The notes beneath the pieces are model-generated. The model had not been told where the DNA came from and did not search any database. It worked only from the letters and a program-made list of their open reading frames with translations. Below are positions 1 to 10,409 of a DNA stretch of 64,000 nt, piece by piece (position 1 is the first letter of the stretch; each line of letters begins with the position of its first letter). A program made the translations under genes and the position numbers. The DNA is taken from NCBI GenBank assembly GCA_018829965.1, contig JAHJTG010000008.1:9314-73313 (forward strand), given 5' to 3'. The DNA comes from Patescibacteria group bacterium (GTDB taxonomy: Bacteria; Patescibacteriota; Minisyncoccia; Minisyncoccales; Staskawiczbacteraceae).

Positions 1-206
1 TCAAAAAGCTATTTCTTGAAGCTAATAAAGCTAGAAATGATTATATTTTAGGAGATCCACTACAAAAACAGATTATTGCAAATAATCTACTTTGGAACCT
101 TGGATTTCAAGGTCAAAAAGTACTCAATTTAAGACTAAAAATGCCATACGAACGTATGGCACAAGAACCAAAACCGACTGAATTATGCGAAATGTTGCGG
201 GGCTAG
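1..206 (+). CDS. 3' end of a partial ORF, probably the C-terminus of a site-specific (large serine-type) recombinase
   Basis: Frame 3 is open from the window edge (KKLFLEANKA...LLWNL...MPYERM...EMLRG*) and stops inside the antisense of the tRNA 3' end. Family call rests on resemblance and context only. Confidence 0.45.
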   Translation, partial: KKLFLEANKARNDYILGDPLQKQIIANNLLWNLGFQGQKVLNLRLKMPYERMAQEPKPTELCEMLRG

Positions 207-265
207 GATTCGAACCTAAATATGCTGCGCCAAAGGCAGCTGTCCTACCATTAGACGACCCCGCA
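195..265 (-). tRNA. tRNA-Gln (TTG)
   Basis: Cloverleaf: acceptor TGCGGGG/CCCCGCA, anticodon arm GCTGC-CTTTGGC-GCAGC, T loop GGTTCGAATCC; CCA not encoded. Confidence 0.93.
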
Positions 266-278
266 ATAATTTAAAACT

Positions 279-1382
279 CTACTCCCCTTTTATTGTTATA
301 TCCACGACCGCTAACTCTATCGGCAGTTGCTGGATTGAACTGTATTTCATCTTATTTTCTGCTCCAAGAAAGGATTCTACCATAACTTGTAAATCTTTTT
401 CTGTTAATTTCGCCACCTGCTCTTTCATTTTAACAAGCTCTTCTTGGCTTAAACCTGATGTCTCCGGCTTTAAAAAGTCAGGGTTTATCTTTAATAATAG
501 AGATTGCCTTAGATAATAAGTCAGGGTTTTGACGAATTCCTGTAAATCTGCTCCGCTGTCTACCATTGAATTGATAAATAGCACTGCTTCTTTTGTATTT
601 TTTGAAATAAGAAAATCTACGAATTTTGAAATATGTCCTATTTCAATAATTCCCAACAAGTTTTCCACACCCTCTGAAGTTATTGCCGCTGTTTTGCCGG
701 AAAAACTTAAACATTCGTCCATCAAACTTTCGGCATCTCTAAAAGACCCGCGAGCATTCAAAGCAATCAAAGATAAAGCCGCTTTATCAAACTTTATTCC
801 TTCTTTTTGTGAAATATATTCTAATTTCTGAATAATTTCGGGAACTTGCAGGCGTTTAAAATCAAATCTTTGGCAACGAGAAATAATTGTTGGTATCATT
901 TTGTGAATTTCAGTAGTAGCTAAAACAAAAACTGCGTGAGCTGGCGGCTCTTCTAATGTTTTTAACAGAGCGTTAGCGGCATCTTTGCTTAATTGATGGC
1001 ATTCGTCAATTATAAAGACCTTGTATTTTGATTTTACCGGAGCAAATTTTATTCCATCCCTTAATTCACGGATGTCATCTATCCCTCTATGAGAAGCCGC
1101 ATCTATTTCTATTAAATCCATTGAATTGCCATTTGTAATTTCCAAGCAAGACGAACATTTATCACAAGGCTCAAATTGCTCGGGTCTTCTATTTTCACAA
1201 TTAATCGCTTTTGCAAAAACTCTGGCGAAAGTTGTTTTACCGGAACCGCGAGGCCCGGTAAATAAATAGGCGTGCGAAATTGAATTTGCAGAAATCGCAT
1301 TAGTTAAAGTTTGGGCAACGTGTACTTGCCCAATAATTTCTTTAAATATCTGGGGTCTGTATTTCCGATATAGGACTGTCAT
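279..1382 (-). CDS. dnaX: DNA polymerase III subunit gamma/tau
   Basis: LYRKYRP, Walker A GPRGSGKT, Zn cysteines, EIDAAS, IIDECH, SRCQRF. Confidence 0.97.
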   Translation of the reverse strand: MTVLYRKYRPQIFKEIIGQVHVAQTLTNAISANSISHAYLFTGPRGSGKTTFARVFAKAINCENRRPEQFEPCDKCSSCLEITNGNSMDLIEIDAASHRGIDDIRELRDGIKFAPVKSKYKVFIIDECHQLSKDAANALLKTLEEPPAHAVFVLATTEIHKMIPTIISRCQRFDFKRLQVPEIIQKLEYISQKEGIKFDKAALSLIALNARGSFRDAESLMDECLSFSGKTAAITSEGVENLLGIIEIGHISKFVDFLISKNTKEAVLFINSMVDSGADLQEFVKTLTYYLRQSLLLKINPDFLKPETSGLSQEELVKMKEQVAKLTEKDLQVMVESFLGAENKMKYSSIQQLPIELAVVDITIKGE

Positions 1383-1387
1383 ATTTT

Positions 1388-1417
1388 TTAGGGTATAGGG
1401 TTTAGGGTTTAGGGTAT
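1388..1417. repeat. 7-nt tandem repeat TAGGGT(A/T), about 4 copies
   Basis: tagggta tagggtt tagggtt tagggta across the gtrA stop. Confidence 0.8.
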
Positions 1418-2055
1418 AGATTTGAGTCCGTTGGCTCTGTGTCTAATATTGGAACCTCTTTTTTAAATACAATAAATTTATAGCTTAAGAAATTCCAAAC
1501 AACAGCAACAATTGCGGCTAAGATTACGCTTACTTTGATCCAGATATCTTCAGATATTCCGAATTGCGGACCGACAATTTTTGAAAAATATAAAAAAGCA
1601 CCAACATTAAATAAAAGCCCGATAAAAGTAACTATTATAAATTTTAGAAACTTCTCTTTAATTCCTTTTGAGCTCGTTTCTTCAAAAACCCAGTATTTAT
1701 TCCCTACGAACTTAAAGCAAACCGCAGTTAAATATGAAACTGCTTTAAAGGTTCCGCTAACCAAAACAATTCCTGCACCTGCACCTACTAGCCAAGCTAA
1801 AAGCTCAAAAATCTCAAGGTCTATCAATGTTGCTAAAATCCCGATTAATAAATATCTTACTAATTGTAAAACAAATTTATATTTTTTAGCTATTAAATCA
1901 GCGGCCCACAGTAGAATAATCGCTAAAACCGGCATTAAGAACAACAACACCCATTTTATAACAGAATACGGATCGTATTCTTTCACAAGATCAGCTAGAA
2001 TTAAAGCCGAAGCTTCCCCGCAGATAATTGTTAGTATAATATCTACTAATTTCAT
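1402..2055 (-). CDS. GtrA-family membrane protein
   Basis: Multi-TM protein with RYLLIGILATLID, NKYWVF, KFIIV, WNFLSYKFIVF; start set at MKLVDII. Confidence 0.85.
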   Translation of the reverse strand: MKLVDIILTIICGEASALILADLVKEYDPYSVIKWVLLFLMPVLAIILLWAADLIAKKYKFVLQLVRYLLIGILATLIDLEIFELLAWLVGAGAGIVLVSGTFKAVSYLTAVCFKFVGNKYWVFEETSSKGIKEKFLKFIIVTFIGLLFNVGAFLYFSKIVGPQFGISEDIWIKVSVILAAIVAVVWNFLSYKFIVFKKEVPILDTEPTDSNLYPKP

Positions 2056-2175
2056 ATATATTTTGTTAAGCTTATCACACATAATTTCTTTTGGAAAGAT
2101 TTCTTTATTCTTTATTCTTTCTTTATTCTCTTTTATCTAATTTATGTTAAAATATGTTAATAATTAAATACTCGT

Positions 2176-2793
2176 ATGTTTTCACAGTTAAAATCATTTT
2201 TAGAAAGAATTGACTACCACAGAGATCGATTGCTTTTTCCATTCATCAGAAAGTTTTGGCCTCGATATATCTGGCCGAATCATATAACAATTCTAAGGAT
2301 TATTATATCTGTAGTAATTGTTTTCTTGTTGATATTCGGCTTCCGAGATAGATTATGGCTGCTTTCACTCTTTATCATAGGCGCTCTATTAGATATGGTA
2401 GACGGTTCTGTTGCGAGAGCATTAAAAAGAGAAACTAAAATCGGGGCATTGTTAGACTCAATGGCTGACAGAATGTTGCTTTTACCAATTGGCGTTTTTA
2501 TTTTATTTAAAAATTATGTCTGGTTACTTCTATTTCTAATGATACCGGAAATTATTACAGGAATAATGATTCTATATTGCAGAACTAAGAATAAAATTAT
2601 TACAGCCACTATTTTTGGGAAAACAAAAATGGTTATTGAGTGTGTAGCTTTATCTGTAATAATTCTTTTTGATTTTCCGGATACTCCTTCCAGTTTTCCA
2701 ATAATATTGCTTTATTTTGCCGTTGCATTCGCTTTTCTGAATGTAGTTTTGAATATTAAAGTTCTAAAAAGTAAAGATGCTCAATTTTTATAA
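2176..2793 (+). CDS. CDP-alcohol phosphatidyltransferase family protein
   Basis: PNHITILR and DMVDGSVAR...GALLDSMAD signature. Confidence 0.92.
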   Translation: MFSQLKSFLERIDYHRDRLLFPFIRKFWPRYIWPNHITILRIIISVVIVFLLIFGFRDRLWLLSLFIIGALLDMVDGSVARALKRETKIGALLDSMADRMLLLPIGVFILFKNYVWLLLFLMIPEIITGIMILYCRTKNKIITATIFGKTKMVIECVALSVIILFDFPDTPSSFPIILLYFAVAFAFLNVVLNIKVLKSKDAQFL

Positions 2794-4207
2794 CACTCTT
2801 ATAAGGAAAAAACAGGAGTTCAAACCCCTAAAAGACAAGGGGGTCGGAATATACTCTTGCGGACCGACGGTATATTGGTATCAACATATCGGAAATTTAA
2901 GGTCTTATATTTTTAGCGACATTCTGAAAAGAGTTTTGGAATATGACGGATATAAAACAAAGCATGTAATGAATATTACTGATGTCGGACATCTAACCTC
3001 TGATGCTGATTCAGGCGAAGATAAAATGGAAAAAGCAGCAACAAAAGAAGGAAAAAGTGCAAAAGAGATTTCCAATTATTACTGGAAAATATTCCGCGAT
3101 GATTTTAAGAAACTGAATATTATTGAGCCAGATATCTGGTGCAAAGCAACAGAACATATAAAGGAACAGGTTGATTTAATAGAAAAACTTGAAGAAAAAG
3201 GATTTACCTATAAAACAGCTGACGGAATATATTTTGATACTTCAAAGTTTAAAAACTATGGCCAATTAGCTAAAAAAAACATCGAGGGGATAGAGTCTGG
3301 AAAAAGAGTGAAAATGCGAGATAAAAAGAATCCAACTGATTTTGCCTTATGGAAGTTTTCTGAAAAGCCAGGGATAAGGCAACAAGAATGGAAAAGTCCA
3401 TGGGGAGTAGGATTCCCAGGTTGGCATATTGAATGCTCGGCAATGTCAATGAAATACTTGGGCGAAACCTTTGATATTCACACTGGCGGAGAAGACCATA
3501 TCTCAATACACCATACAAATGAAATCGCTCAATCAGAAGCTAGCACTGGCAAGAAGTTCGTTAACTTCTGGCTACATGGCGCTTTTCTAACCTTTAAAGG
3601 AGAAAAAGTAAGCAAAAGCAAAGGCGGTCTCTATACTATTTCAGGGCTTGAGGAAAAAGGGTTCAATCCCCTCGCCTATCGCTATCTATGTTTAACCGCG
3701 CATTACAGAAGTCCTTTAGGTTTTAACTTAGACAGTTTAAAGAGCGCGGAAAACGCTTACGATAGGTTAAAAAATATCGTTCAAGAGATTAAGAATGACA
3801 AAAAGATTCACCCCGTTAGAAGTCCGATGCGCTTACGCATCGGCAGCCGCCTTTGGCGACTTACTTCTAACGGGGTAAACGAAAAATATTTAAATGATTT
3901 TAAGAACGCAATCAATGACGATTTAGATATGCCAAAAGCAATAGCTATTTTATGGAATCTAATAAGAGATAAAAATGCTGTAGGAAAATTAGGAACAATT
4001 AAAGAAATGGATAAAGTTTTAGGTTTGGATTTGCTGAAAAAAGAAAAAAAAGAAATACCGGCAGCAATTAAGAAACTAGCGATAGAAAGGGAAAAAGCAA
4101 GAAAAAACAAAGATTGGCAGAAAGCTGACGAGTTGAGAAAACAAATTGAAAAATCAGGTTATTTAATAGAAGATACTGAAAACGGACCAAAATTAAGAAG
4201 AAAATAG
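2777..4207 (+). CDS. cysS: Cysteine--tRNA ligase, with a 23-aa in-frame insertion
   Basis: [33 protein letters not shown]. Confidence 0.98.
   Translation: MLNFYNTLIRKKQEFKPLKDKGVGIYSCGPTVYWYQHIGNLRSYIFSDILKRVLEYDGYKTKHVMNITDVGHLTSDADSGEDKMEKAATKEGKSAKEISNYYWKIFRDDFKKLNIIEPDIWCKATEHIKEQVDLIEKLEEKGFTYKTADGIYFDTSKFKNYGQLAKKNIEGIESGKRVKMRDKKNPTDFALWKFSEKPGIRQQEWKSPWGVGFPGWHIECSAMSMKYLGETFDIHTGGEDHISIHHTNEIAQSEASTGKKFVNFWLHGAFLTFKGEKVSKSKGGLYTISGLEEKGFNPLAYRYLCLTAHYRSPLGFNLDSLKSAENAYDRLKNIVQEIKNDKKIHPVRSPMRLRIGSRLWRLTSNGVNEKYLNDFKNAINDDLDMPKAIAILWNLIRDKNAVGKLGTIKEMDKVLGLDLLKKEKKEIPAAIKKLAIEREKARKNKDWQKADELRKQIEKSGYLIEDTENGPKLRRK
3811..3875. mobile_element. MITE-like palindromic element, in frame in cysS
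   Basis: TIR CCCCGTTAGAAGT/ACTTCTAACGGGG; same TIR at 56294-56422; removing 69 nt restores KKINEKY. Confidence 0.85.
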
Positions 4208-4288
4208 AAATTAATAATTCACACTTTTTACCCTTGCCGTCTATTGGCAAGGGTTTTTGTTTTTGATATAGTTGGTTATAGATATATT

Positions 4289-5650
4289 ATGGCAAAGCAA
4301 GAACTCCAAGAAAAACTTCCTCCCCAAAACATTGAAGCAGAACAAAGCCTGTTAGGCTGTTTGATGTTAGATAAAGACGCCATTATCAAAGTGTCTGATT
4401 TTACCAACGCAGACGACTTCTATAAAGACACTCATAAAGAAATATATCAAGCAATGCTAGAGCTCTACCGAAGAATGGAGCCGATCGACCTTTTATCTGT
4501 AACCAGCCGGCTCCGCGAGAAGGAAGGTTTGGAAAAAATTGGCGGGTCAAGTTATTTAACCTCTTTAATTAACGCTGTTCCAACGGCTACTCATGTTTTA
4601 AATTATGCAAAAATAGTCCGAGCAAAAAAGATTTTAAGAGATTTAATCGGAGCATCAGATGAAATAGGTTTAGCAGCTTTTGATGAAGCAGAGGATGTTG
4701 ATGTTTTATTGGATAAAGCGGAAAAAACAATATTTGGCATCGGGCAAAAATCATTAACACAAAATTTTATTGCGATAAAAGATATACTACCAGATACTTT
4801 TAATAGACTAGACGAACTTTCAAAACATAAAGGCGCTTTAAGGGGACTTCCAACCGGATTCCGCGATTTAGATAATAAGCTATCGGGCTTACAAAAATCA
4901 GACCTGATTATTTTAGCTGCCAGACCAGCTATGGGTAAAACTTCTTTAGCTTTAGATATTGCAAGACAGATAGCAACTAATCAGAAAGTTCCTGTCGGTA
5001 TATTCAGCTTAGAAATGTCTAAAGACCAGCTCGTAGACAGAGTGTTATCCGCCCAATCCGGCGTTGATTCTTGGAAATTAAGGTCGGGTAATCTTTCAGC
5101 TGATGGTCCCGATAATGATTTCACTCTGCTCCAAGAAGCAATGGGTCATTTATCAGAAGCTCCAATATATATTGACGATGCTGGTATGGTGAATATACTG
5201 CAAATGAGAGCAATGGCAAGACGCTTGCAGGCAGAAAAGGGTTTAGGATTACTAATTGTTGATTATCTCCAATTAATGGATTCGACTATTAGAAACTTTT
5301 CAGCCGTTCAGCAAGTAACTGAAATCTCAAAAGCATTGAAAGCTTTAGCGAAAGAATTAAATATTCCCGTCCTAGCAATATCCCAATTATCTAGAGCAGT
5401 TGAAGGTAGAACTCCGTCGATTCCAAGATTATCTGACCTTCGCGAAAGCGGAAGTTTAGAGCAAGATAGCGATGTAGTTTTATTTATTTATCGGGAAGAC
5501 AAATATATGGAAAATCCGGAAAAAAGAAATGTTGCCAAAATCATAATTGCAAAACACAGAAATGGCCCAGTCGGCGAAATTGAGCTATACTTTGACGAAA
5601 ACAGAACAACCTTTAGAAGTTTAGAAAAGGACGAATATGCTACATCATAA
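4289..5650 (+). CDS. dnaB: Replicative DNA helicase
   Basis: PPQNIEAEQ, AARPAMGKT, FSLEM, VDYLQL, SQLSR, DLRESGSLEQD; start set at MAKQE. Confidence 0.98.
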   Translation: MAKQELQEKLPPQNIEAEQSLLGCLMLDKDAIIKVSDFTNADDFYKDTHKEIYQAMLELYRRMEPIDLLSVTSRLREKEGLEKIGGSSYLTSLINAVPTATHVLNYAKIVRAKKILRDLIGASDEIGLAAFDEAEDVDVLLDKAEKTIFGIGQKSLTQNFIAIKDILPDTFNRLDELSKHKGALRGLPTGFRDLDNKLSGLQKSDLIILAARPAMGKTSLALDIARQIATNQKVPVGIFSLEMSKDQLVDRVLSAQSGVDSWKLRSGNLSADGPDNDFTLLQEAMGHLSEAPIYIDDAGMVNILQMRAMARRLQAEKGLGLLIVDYLQLMDSTIRNFSAVQQVTEISKALKALAKELNIPVLAISQLSRAVEGRTPSIPRLSDLRESGSLEQDSDVVLFIYREDKYMENPEKRNVAKIIIAKHRNGPVGEIELYFDENRTTFRSLEKDEYATS

Positions 5651-5698
5651 AATCCTAAATCCTAATTTCTAAATCCTAAATAAATCCAAAATCCAAAT
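5649..5698. repeat. Degenerate 7-nt tandem repeat (AAATCCT-like)
   Basis: aaaatcct aaatcct aatttct aaatcct aaat aaatcca aaatcca fills the dnaB-recR gap. Confidence 0.8.
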
Positions 5699-6338
5699 GG
5701 CTAATGATCAAAGCCCGATTATTCAAAAACTAATTGATTTATTCTCTAAATTCCCCACAGTTGGACAAAGAACCGCTAGCCGGTTTGTTTTTTATTTAAT
5801 AAAACAACCTCAAGAAAAGATTGAGGAATTAATCACTTCTATCCAAAACTTAAAAAGCAAGATCAAATGTTGTTCTTTTTGTTTTAATCCCTTTGAAGCA
5901 AACGACGATGATGATTTATGCGGAATATGCAACGATATGAGACGAGACAGAACATTGCTTTGTATTATTGAAAAAGAAAATGATTTGATTTCTATCGAAA
6001 GAACAAAAAAATATAAAGGCCTTTATTTCATCCTCGGCGGTACCGTAGCTACTTTAAAAAAAGACGATATTGAAAAATTAAGAATTAAAGAATTAGAGGA
6101 GCGATTAAGAAGCCCTCAAAGTTTTGGAATAATCACCTTGCTCAAAGAAATTATTATTGCCACTAATCCTACTCCGGAAGGTAAATCAACCGCAATTTTA
6201 GTTAAAAGGACAATTAAAGAAATCCTAAAAGACGACTCTATCAAAATTACTCATTTGGGTTTGGGATTGCCAGTAGGCGGTGAGCTTGAATACGCCGACG
6301 AAGAAACTCTAGAGAATGCTCTTGGGGGAAGGAAATAA
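5697..6338 (+). CDS. recR: Recombination protein RecR
   Basis: HhH FPTVGQRTASR, C4 zinc finger, TOPRIM ATNPTPEG, GLPVGGELEYAD. Confidence 0.96.
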   Translation: MANDQSPIIQKLIDLFSKFPTVGQRTASRFVFYLIKQPQEKIEELITSIQNLKSKIKCCSFCFNPFEANDDDDLCGICNDMRRDRTLLCIIEKENDLISIERTKKYKGLYFILGGTVATLKKDDIEKLRIKELEERLRSPQSFGIITLLKEIIIATNPTPEGKSTAILVKRTIKEILKDDSIKITHLGLGLPVGGELEYADEETLENALGGRK

Positions 6339-6408
6339 CAATTTAGTGTTAAATAAAAAAAATCCCGCGAAACTTCCTCGGAATTTTTTATCTGTTTGCA
6401 CAAATTGA

Positions 6409-7233
6409 CTATTTTGAACAAGGCGAGCTTTTATCGCAAATATACGCTCTTTCAAACCTTAAATCAATATAATCTAACGCTCCCCTACTTTCTTGCGGAA
6501 TTTCTTTCTCTAAAAGTAATTTTAACTTCGTAATTTGTAAATCCATATTAGAAGATACATTAAAATATACATTCCATCCTTCGCCTGTTAAAATATTCAT
6601 TCTTTCATCAGATGCTATATTTGCTTCTTTTATGTCTACGTTAAAATTATCTTTCAAGGTTTTTTTGATTTTAATAATAGAATCGACAATATCTTTTTTA
6701 GCTGCTTCTTTCCCCAACACAATTTCTTTCTTTTCGCTTTGTCTTATAACAATAAAATCAGCGACTGTATCTGCAGTTTCTTCAAATGCTACGCCGGTTT
6801 CATCAAGAAAGAAACACTTTTCGCTTGCCTCCGAATCGCAAAAAACAACTGATGGTACACGTTCTTTAATATTAATAACTAAGGTATTAATTAATCTTCT
6901 CTGAACTTTTACCAAACCGACATTAGGAAAGTTATCTATAATTGAATTGCTAATTGCATTCGGACTTATTAAAAATATGCTTTGCGAATTAAAAAACAAT
7001 ATTGGTCTTTTTATCTTTTCTGAAACCAATGCTTCAATATCGCTTGTCGCCGCTTTTTCGTTGCCAGAGATAACAATGTTTTTAATCTGGAAATAATCAA
7101 AAAAGAAAACGAGATAAAAAATCTCTGCTAAAAGAATTGCGATTAAAACTATCCGCCAAAAAAGCGGCTTTTTCAATAAACTTTTTTTTGCCTTTATTTT
7201 ATGCGGCCTTCTTTTTATTCTTCTTTTTGTCAT
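6409..7233 (-). CDS. ftsQ: Cell division protein FtsQ/DivIB family
   Basis: Basic N-tail, one TM, POTRA (FQIKNIVISGN...INIKERVP), C-terminal YIDLRF. Confidence 0.88.
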   Translation of the reverse strand: MTKRRIKRRPHKIKAKKSLLKKPLFWRIVLIAILLAEIFYLVFFFDYFQIKNIVISGNEKAATSDIEALVSEKIKRPILFFNSQSIFLISPNAISNSIIDNFPNVGLVKVQRRLINTLVINIKERVPSVVFCDSEASEKCFFLDETGVAFEETADTVADFIVIRQSEKKEIVLGKEAAKKDIVDSIIKIKKTLKDNFNVDIKEANIASDERMNILTGEGWNVYFNVSSNMDLQITKLKLLLEKEIPQESRGALDYIDLRFERAYICDKSSPCSK

Positions 7234-7386
7234 CCCAGTATATCAACATCCAGAGCCAAACAAGATATAATTACGTTTTCGGCTTGAATGGTGTTCAATA
7301 TTTAATAAATTGATATTCAGTAATACTAACTCTCGTAGTGAGTTTGGCATTTTATTACCGAAAACACTGGATGTTGTATTACTGGG
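7234..7386. mobile_element. Non-coding TIR element sharing both ends with the GIY-YIG element at 59636-59947
   Basis: Left CCCAGTATATCAACATCCAGAGCCAAAC, right ACTGGATGTTGTATTACTGGG; CAT on both sides. Confidence 0.85.
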
Positions 7387-7388
7387 CA

Positions 7389-8501
7389 TCAGAGCCCTCT
7401 TTTGGCTTTTCTTAATTTTTCAAACAAACAAGTGAGCCAGTATTTTTTTGAAATAATATAGTCCTGCGTTTTAATAAGCTCCCGGCGATAACCGCCGAAT
7501 CCCATTTTGAATAAAGTTAAACCATCCCACGGGTGTTTTTTGTTTAAAATTTTAAATTTAGAATTTCGGATTTGTTTAGGATTTAGGATTTCGGATTTAG
7601 GATTTACATTTTTTGTGTCGACGAAAAATGGCGATATTCCCCAAAAATTATATATTTCGCATCCCATCTTCTTTGCTTCTTTTATCGCCTCCCAGTGCAA
7701 AAGATAATTGACTGGTATTTTTGAATATTTAGTTAAAGAACCGCTATGATGATAAAAAGCAATGTTTTGCCAAAAAACAAAAATAGCAACAGAGATAATC
7801 TCTCCTTTATACTTCCCGAAGAAAATCTGAATCTGGTTATCCTTATTAAACGCTGAAAATTGATTTTTTAAGTATTTGATTGGAAAAACCACGAATTTAT
7901 GGCGTTTTGCTGTTTCTAAATAAACTGGAATAAACTTATCTAAGTCATCTATATTATTGCTTTTTACAATCTGAATATCTGGATTCTTTTGCGCTTGACG
8001 GATTAAATAACGGGTTGTTTTTCGCATTCCAGCGAGAAGTTCTTCTTCGGTGATGCTAATATCTAATTCCCACGTTACTTCAGCATGCATATGAATCGGC
8101 GCTTGTCTGAAACCCAAGTCTTTAAATATTTTGATATTATTCTCATCTCTTTCCCAAAAAGGAGCAATTCTAATAAAGCTCGCTTTTTCTTCTTGCGCTA
8201 TTTCTTTAAGTTTAGTTAGTAAAATTTCTAATACCTTATTTTTGGAAATTGGAAATTGGAAATTGGAAATTATATTTGGTCCATGAGGAACAAATAAAAA
8301 CGTTCCTCGCCTCGCAGATACCTTAGCGACTAAAGCCACGCCGACTAAATTTTCGTCATCATAAACACCGAATCTCCAAATTTTGCTTTTTTGCAATATC
8401 TGAAACTCTCCCCAATCCCACGATTGGAGGAATGTCTTTTCTTTAATGCCTACAAAGAAATCCTCCCAAATCTTTTTTTCCTTAATTTCTTTTATTTCCA
8501 T
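7389..8501 (-). CDS. FemABX-family peptidoglycan bridge peptidyltransferase
   Basis: FLQSWDWG, VPHGP, MRKTTRYLIR, YNFWGI, FKMGFGG; two heptamer-repeat-derived insertions. Confidence 0.92.
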   Translation of the reverse strand: MEIKEIKEKKIWEDFFVGIKEKTFLQSWDWGEFQILQKSKIWRFGVYDDENLVGVALVAKVSARRGTFLFVPHGPNIISNFQFPISKNKVLEILLTKLKEIAQEEKASFIRIAPFWERDENNIKIFKDLGFRQAPIHMHAEVTWELDISITEEELLAGMRKTTRYLIRQAQKNPDIQIVKSNNIDDLDKFIPVYLETAKRHKFVVFPIKYLKNQFSAFNKDNQIQIFFGKYKGEIISVAIFVFWQNIAFYHHSGSLTKYSKIPVNYLLHWEAIKEAKKMGCEIYNFWGISPFFVDTKNVNPKSEILNPKQIRNSKFKILNKKHPWDGLTLFKMGFGGYRRELIKTQDYIISKKYWLTCLFEKLRKAKRGL

Positions 8502-9802
8502 TGTTCTAAAAACTTAACTATTTTCTCTGCGTCTTTTTTAGAGATATTAATATGTGTTGGCAAATTAAGCGTTGTTTTTGAAAGTTTTTCAGCAGTTGGA
8601 CAAGAGCCCATTTTATAACCAATGCTTTCTAAATTTGTGTCGTAAGGGATAATTGGAGAAACATACCAATCCCCCACTATTATATTTTTCTTATGCCACG
8701 CCTCATAAATTATCTCGTGGGCCTTCGGATGTTTTATCGTGAAGCGCAAAAACCCGTGCTTTATATTTCTCGCGTCTAAGCTTTCCGGCGATAAATCTTC
8801 AGATATCTCAAAAGAAGTATCTTTTAATGAATTGTAATAAAACCTGCTTAATTCTTTGCGGTGGCTATAAAACCTGTCTATTTTCTTAAACTGATTTAAC
8901 GCCAGAATAGCTAAAGCATTCGGGTATCTTTTTGGGAAATACGAAGGCTTCTTTCCTATCTTCTCTTTCCAATGAACTGCTTTTGATAATATGCCGAACC
9001 ATTGTGATAAAACTAAAAATATTTTCCCTAAGTCTAAAACATTATAAAGAGGCAGTATTACCCAATTCATTAAAACCGGGTGCAATAATTGCTGAAAAAC
9101 CCAGTAATTATTGGGACGTCCGACGTCCCAATAAACTTTTCTTATTTTTGCGGCCAATTCGTCATCATCGGTGACTACGACACCGCCATAGACTGAAGAA
9201 ATATTCTTATCCCGTGAAAAACTAAAGAAAGAAGCTTTACCAAAAGTACCTACTTTCTTCCCATTGACTTCCGCTCCTAAGGCGTGAGCGCAATCCTCGA
9301 TTAAGATTAGGTTGTAGCGCTTTGCAAGGGCTATAATTCCGTCCATATTAGCTGGCAGGCCGAATGTATGCTGAATCATTAAAACCCTGCTATTTGAGCT
9401 TATTTTACGCTCTAAATCCCCTATATCTATATTAAAAGTGTCTTTATCGCAATCCACATAAACTGGCTTTAATCCTGCTTGCCTCGCCGAAGCTCGCAAG
9501 CGAAGGCGGGACCATAAAATAGGGTCTACAGCAGCAACGCAGGTGAAGGCTTGCAACAAAACCTCGCTCCCCGGCTTCAAGCCAAGCGATCTTAGGATTG
9601 CCATTAACCCCGATCTCCCGCTATTAAAGGAAATGGCGTGTTTTACGCTGAGATAGTTTTTAAACCTTTCTTCTAATTCTAAAACTGCCTTGCCTTGTTC
9701 CCATTTCCAAGGTTGGAAAATTAATTTCAAAGCCAGCAAGACATCATCTTTTTCCGTATTCGGCGATAATGATATTGAAATCGGCTTAAGGTATTGACAC
9801 AT
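8492..9802 (-). CDS. DegT/DnrJ/EryC1/StrS-family PLP aminotransferase
   Basis: FNSGRSG, QHTFGLP, IEDCAHALG, FSFSRDK, LNLPTH. Confidence 0.92.
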   Translation of the reverse strand: MCQYLKPISISLSPNTEKDDVLLALKLIFQPWKWEQGKAVLELEERFKNYLSVKHAISFNSGRSGLMAILRSLGLKPGSEVLLQAFTCVAAVDPILWSRLRLRASARQAGLKPVYVDCDKDTFNIDIGDLERKISSNSRVLMIQHTFGLPANMDGIIALAKRYNLILIEDCAHALGAEVNGKKVGTFGKASFFSFSRDKNISSVYGGVVVTDDDELAAKIRKVYWDVGRPNNYWVFQQLLHPVLMNWVILPLYNVLDLGKIFLVLSQWFGILSKAVHWKEKIGKKPSYFPKRYPNALAILALNQFKKIDRFYSHRKELSRFYYNSLKDTSFEISEDLSPESLDARNIKHGFLRFTIKHPKAHEIIYEAWHKKNIIVGDWYVSPIIPYDTNLESIGYKMGSCPTAEKLSKTTLNLPTHINISKKDAEKIVKFLEQWK

Positions 9803-9949
9803 AGTTATGGATATAGTATAATATGAATATAGGATGAGATAGGAAATTTATTGATTTCGTCCTTTGAAAAATAAATTGTGATTCGCGAATATGTGTTTGC
9901 GGATGTGAAAAGATATAAATGAAACTGGAAAATTTTAAGGAGATGAAAA

Positions 9950-10306
9950 ATGAAATCTAGAATATTACTTATTGTTGTTGTACTAATAATTACCACATTA
10001 TTGATATATCATTTACTATATGCCGTCAGAATTGAAGGAGAGTTAATCGCTAAAGGAGAACCGATTGGTATTAGGTTTCGCGTATTTACGAATCCTAATA
10101 AAGGTGTTTGTTTTGAGGTTGACCGCTGGTATGAAAAAAGAAGTATACAGTTTTATGACTTTGGTTTTAATGGAACACTAGATTTAGTAATTTACTGGAT
10201 CAGCGGAAAAGAATATATCCTATATCCGAATTCCATTGATTCTGATTGGAATAATTGGGAAGAAAAGTATCTAAAAATCAGAAAACAAGCTACCGAAGGG
10301 AATTAA
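9950..10306 (+). CDS. Hypothetical protein with N-terminal TM/signal
   Basis: 118-aa ORF in an intergenic gap, AAGGAG upstream. Confidence 0.65.
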   Translation: MKSRILLIVVVLIITTLLIYHLLYAVRIEGELIAKGEPIGIRFRVFTNPNKGVCFEVDRWYEKRSIQFYDFGFNGTLDLVIYWISGKEYILYPNSIDSDWNNWEEKYLKIRKQATEGN

Positions 10307-10409
10307 TCTCTCCCTTTAACTCCTCATTTTCCCACCAAAAATCATATCTATGTCTTCACAGGACAAAAGGAGCATCACGATCCAAACGGATTTGGTTGCT
10401 CCTCTTTTT

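Noticed and set aside
1388..1417. Plant-telomere-like TTTAGGG repeat
   Set aside because: Only about four degenerate units within bacterial genes; it fits the local heptamer-repeat pattern.
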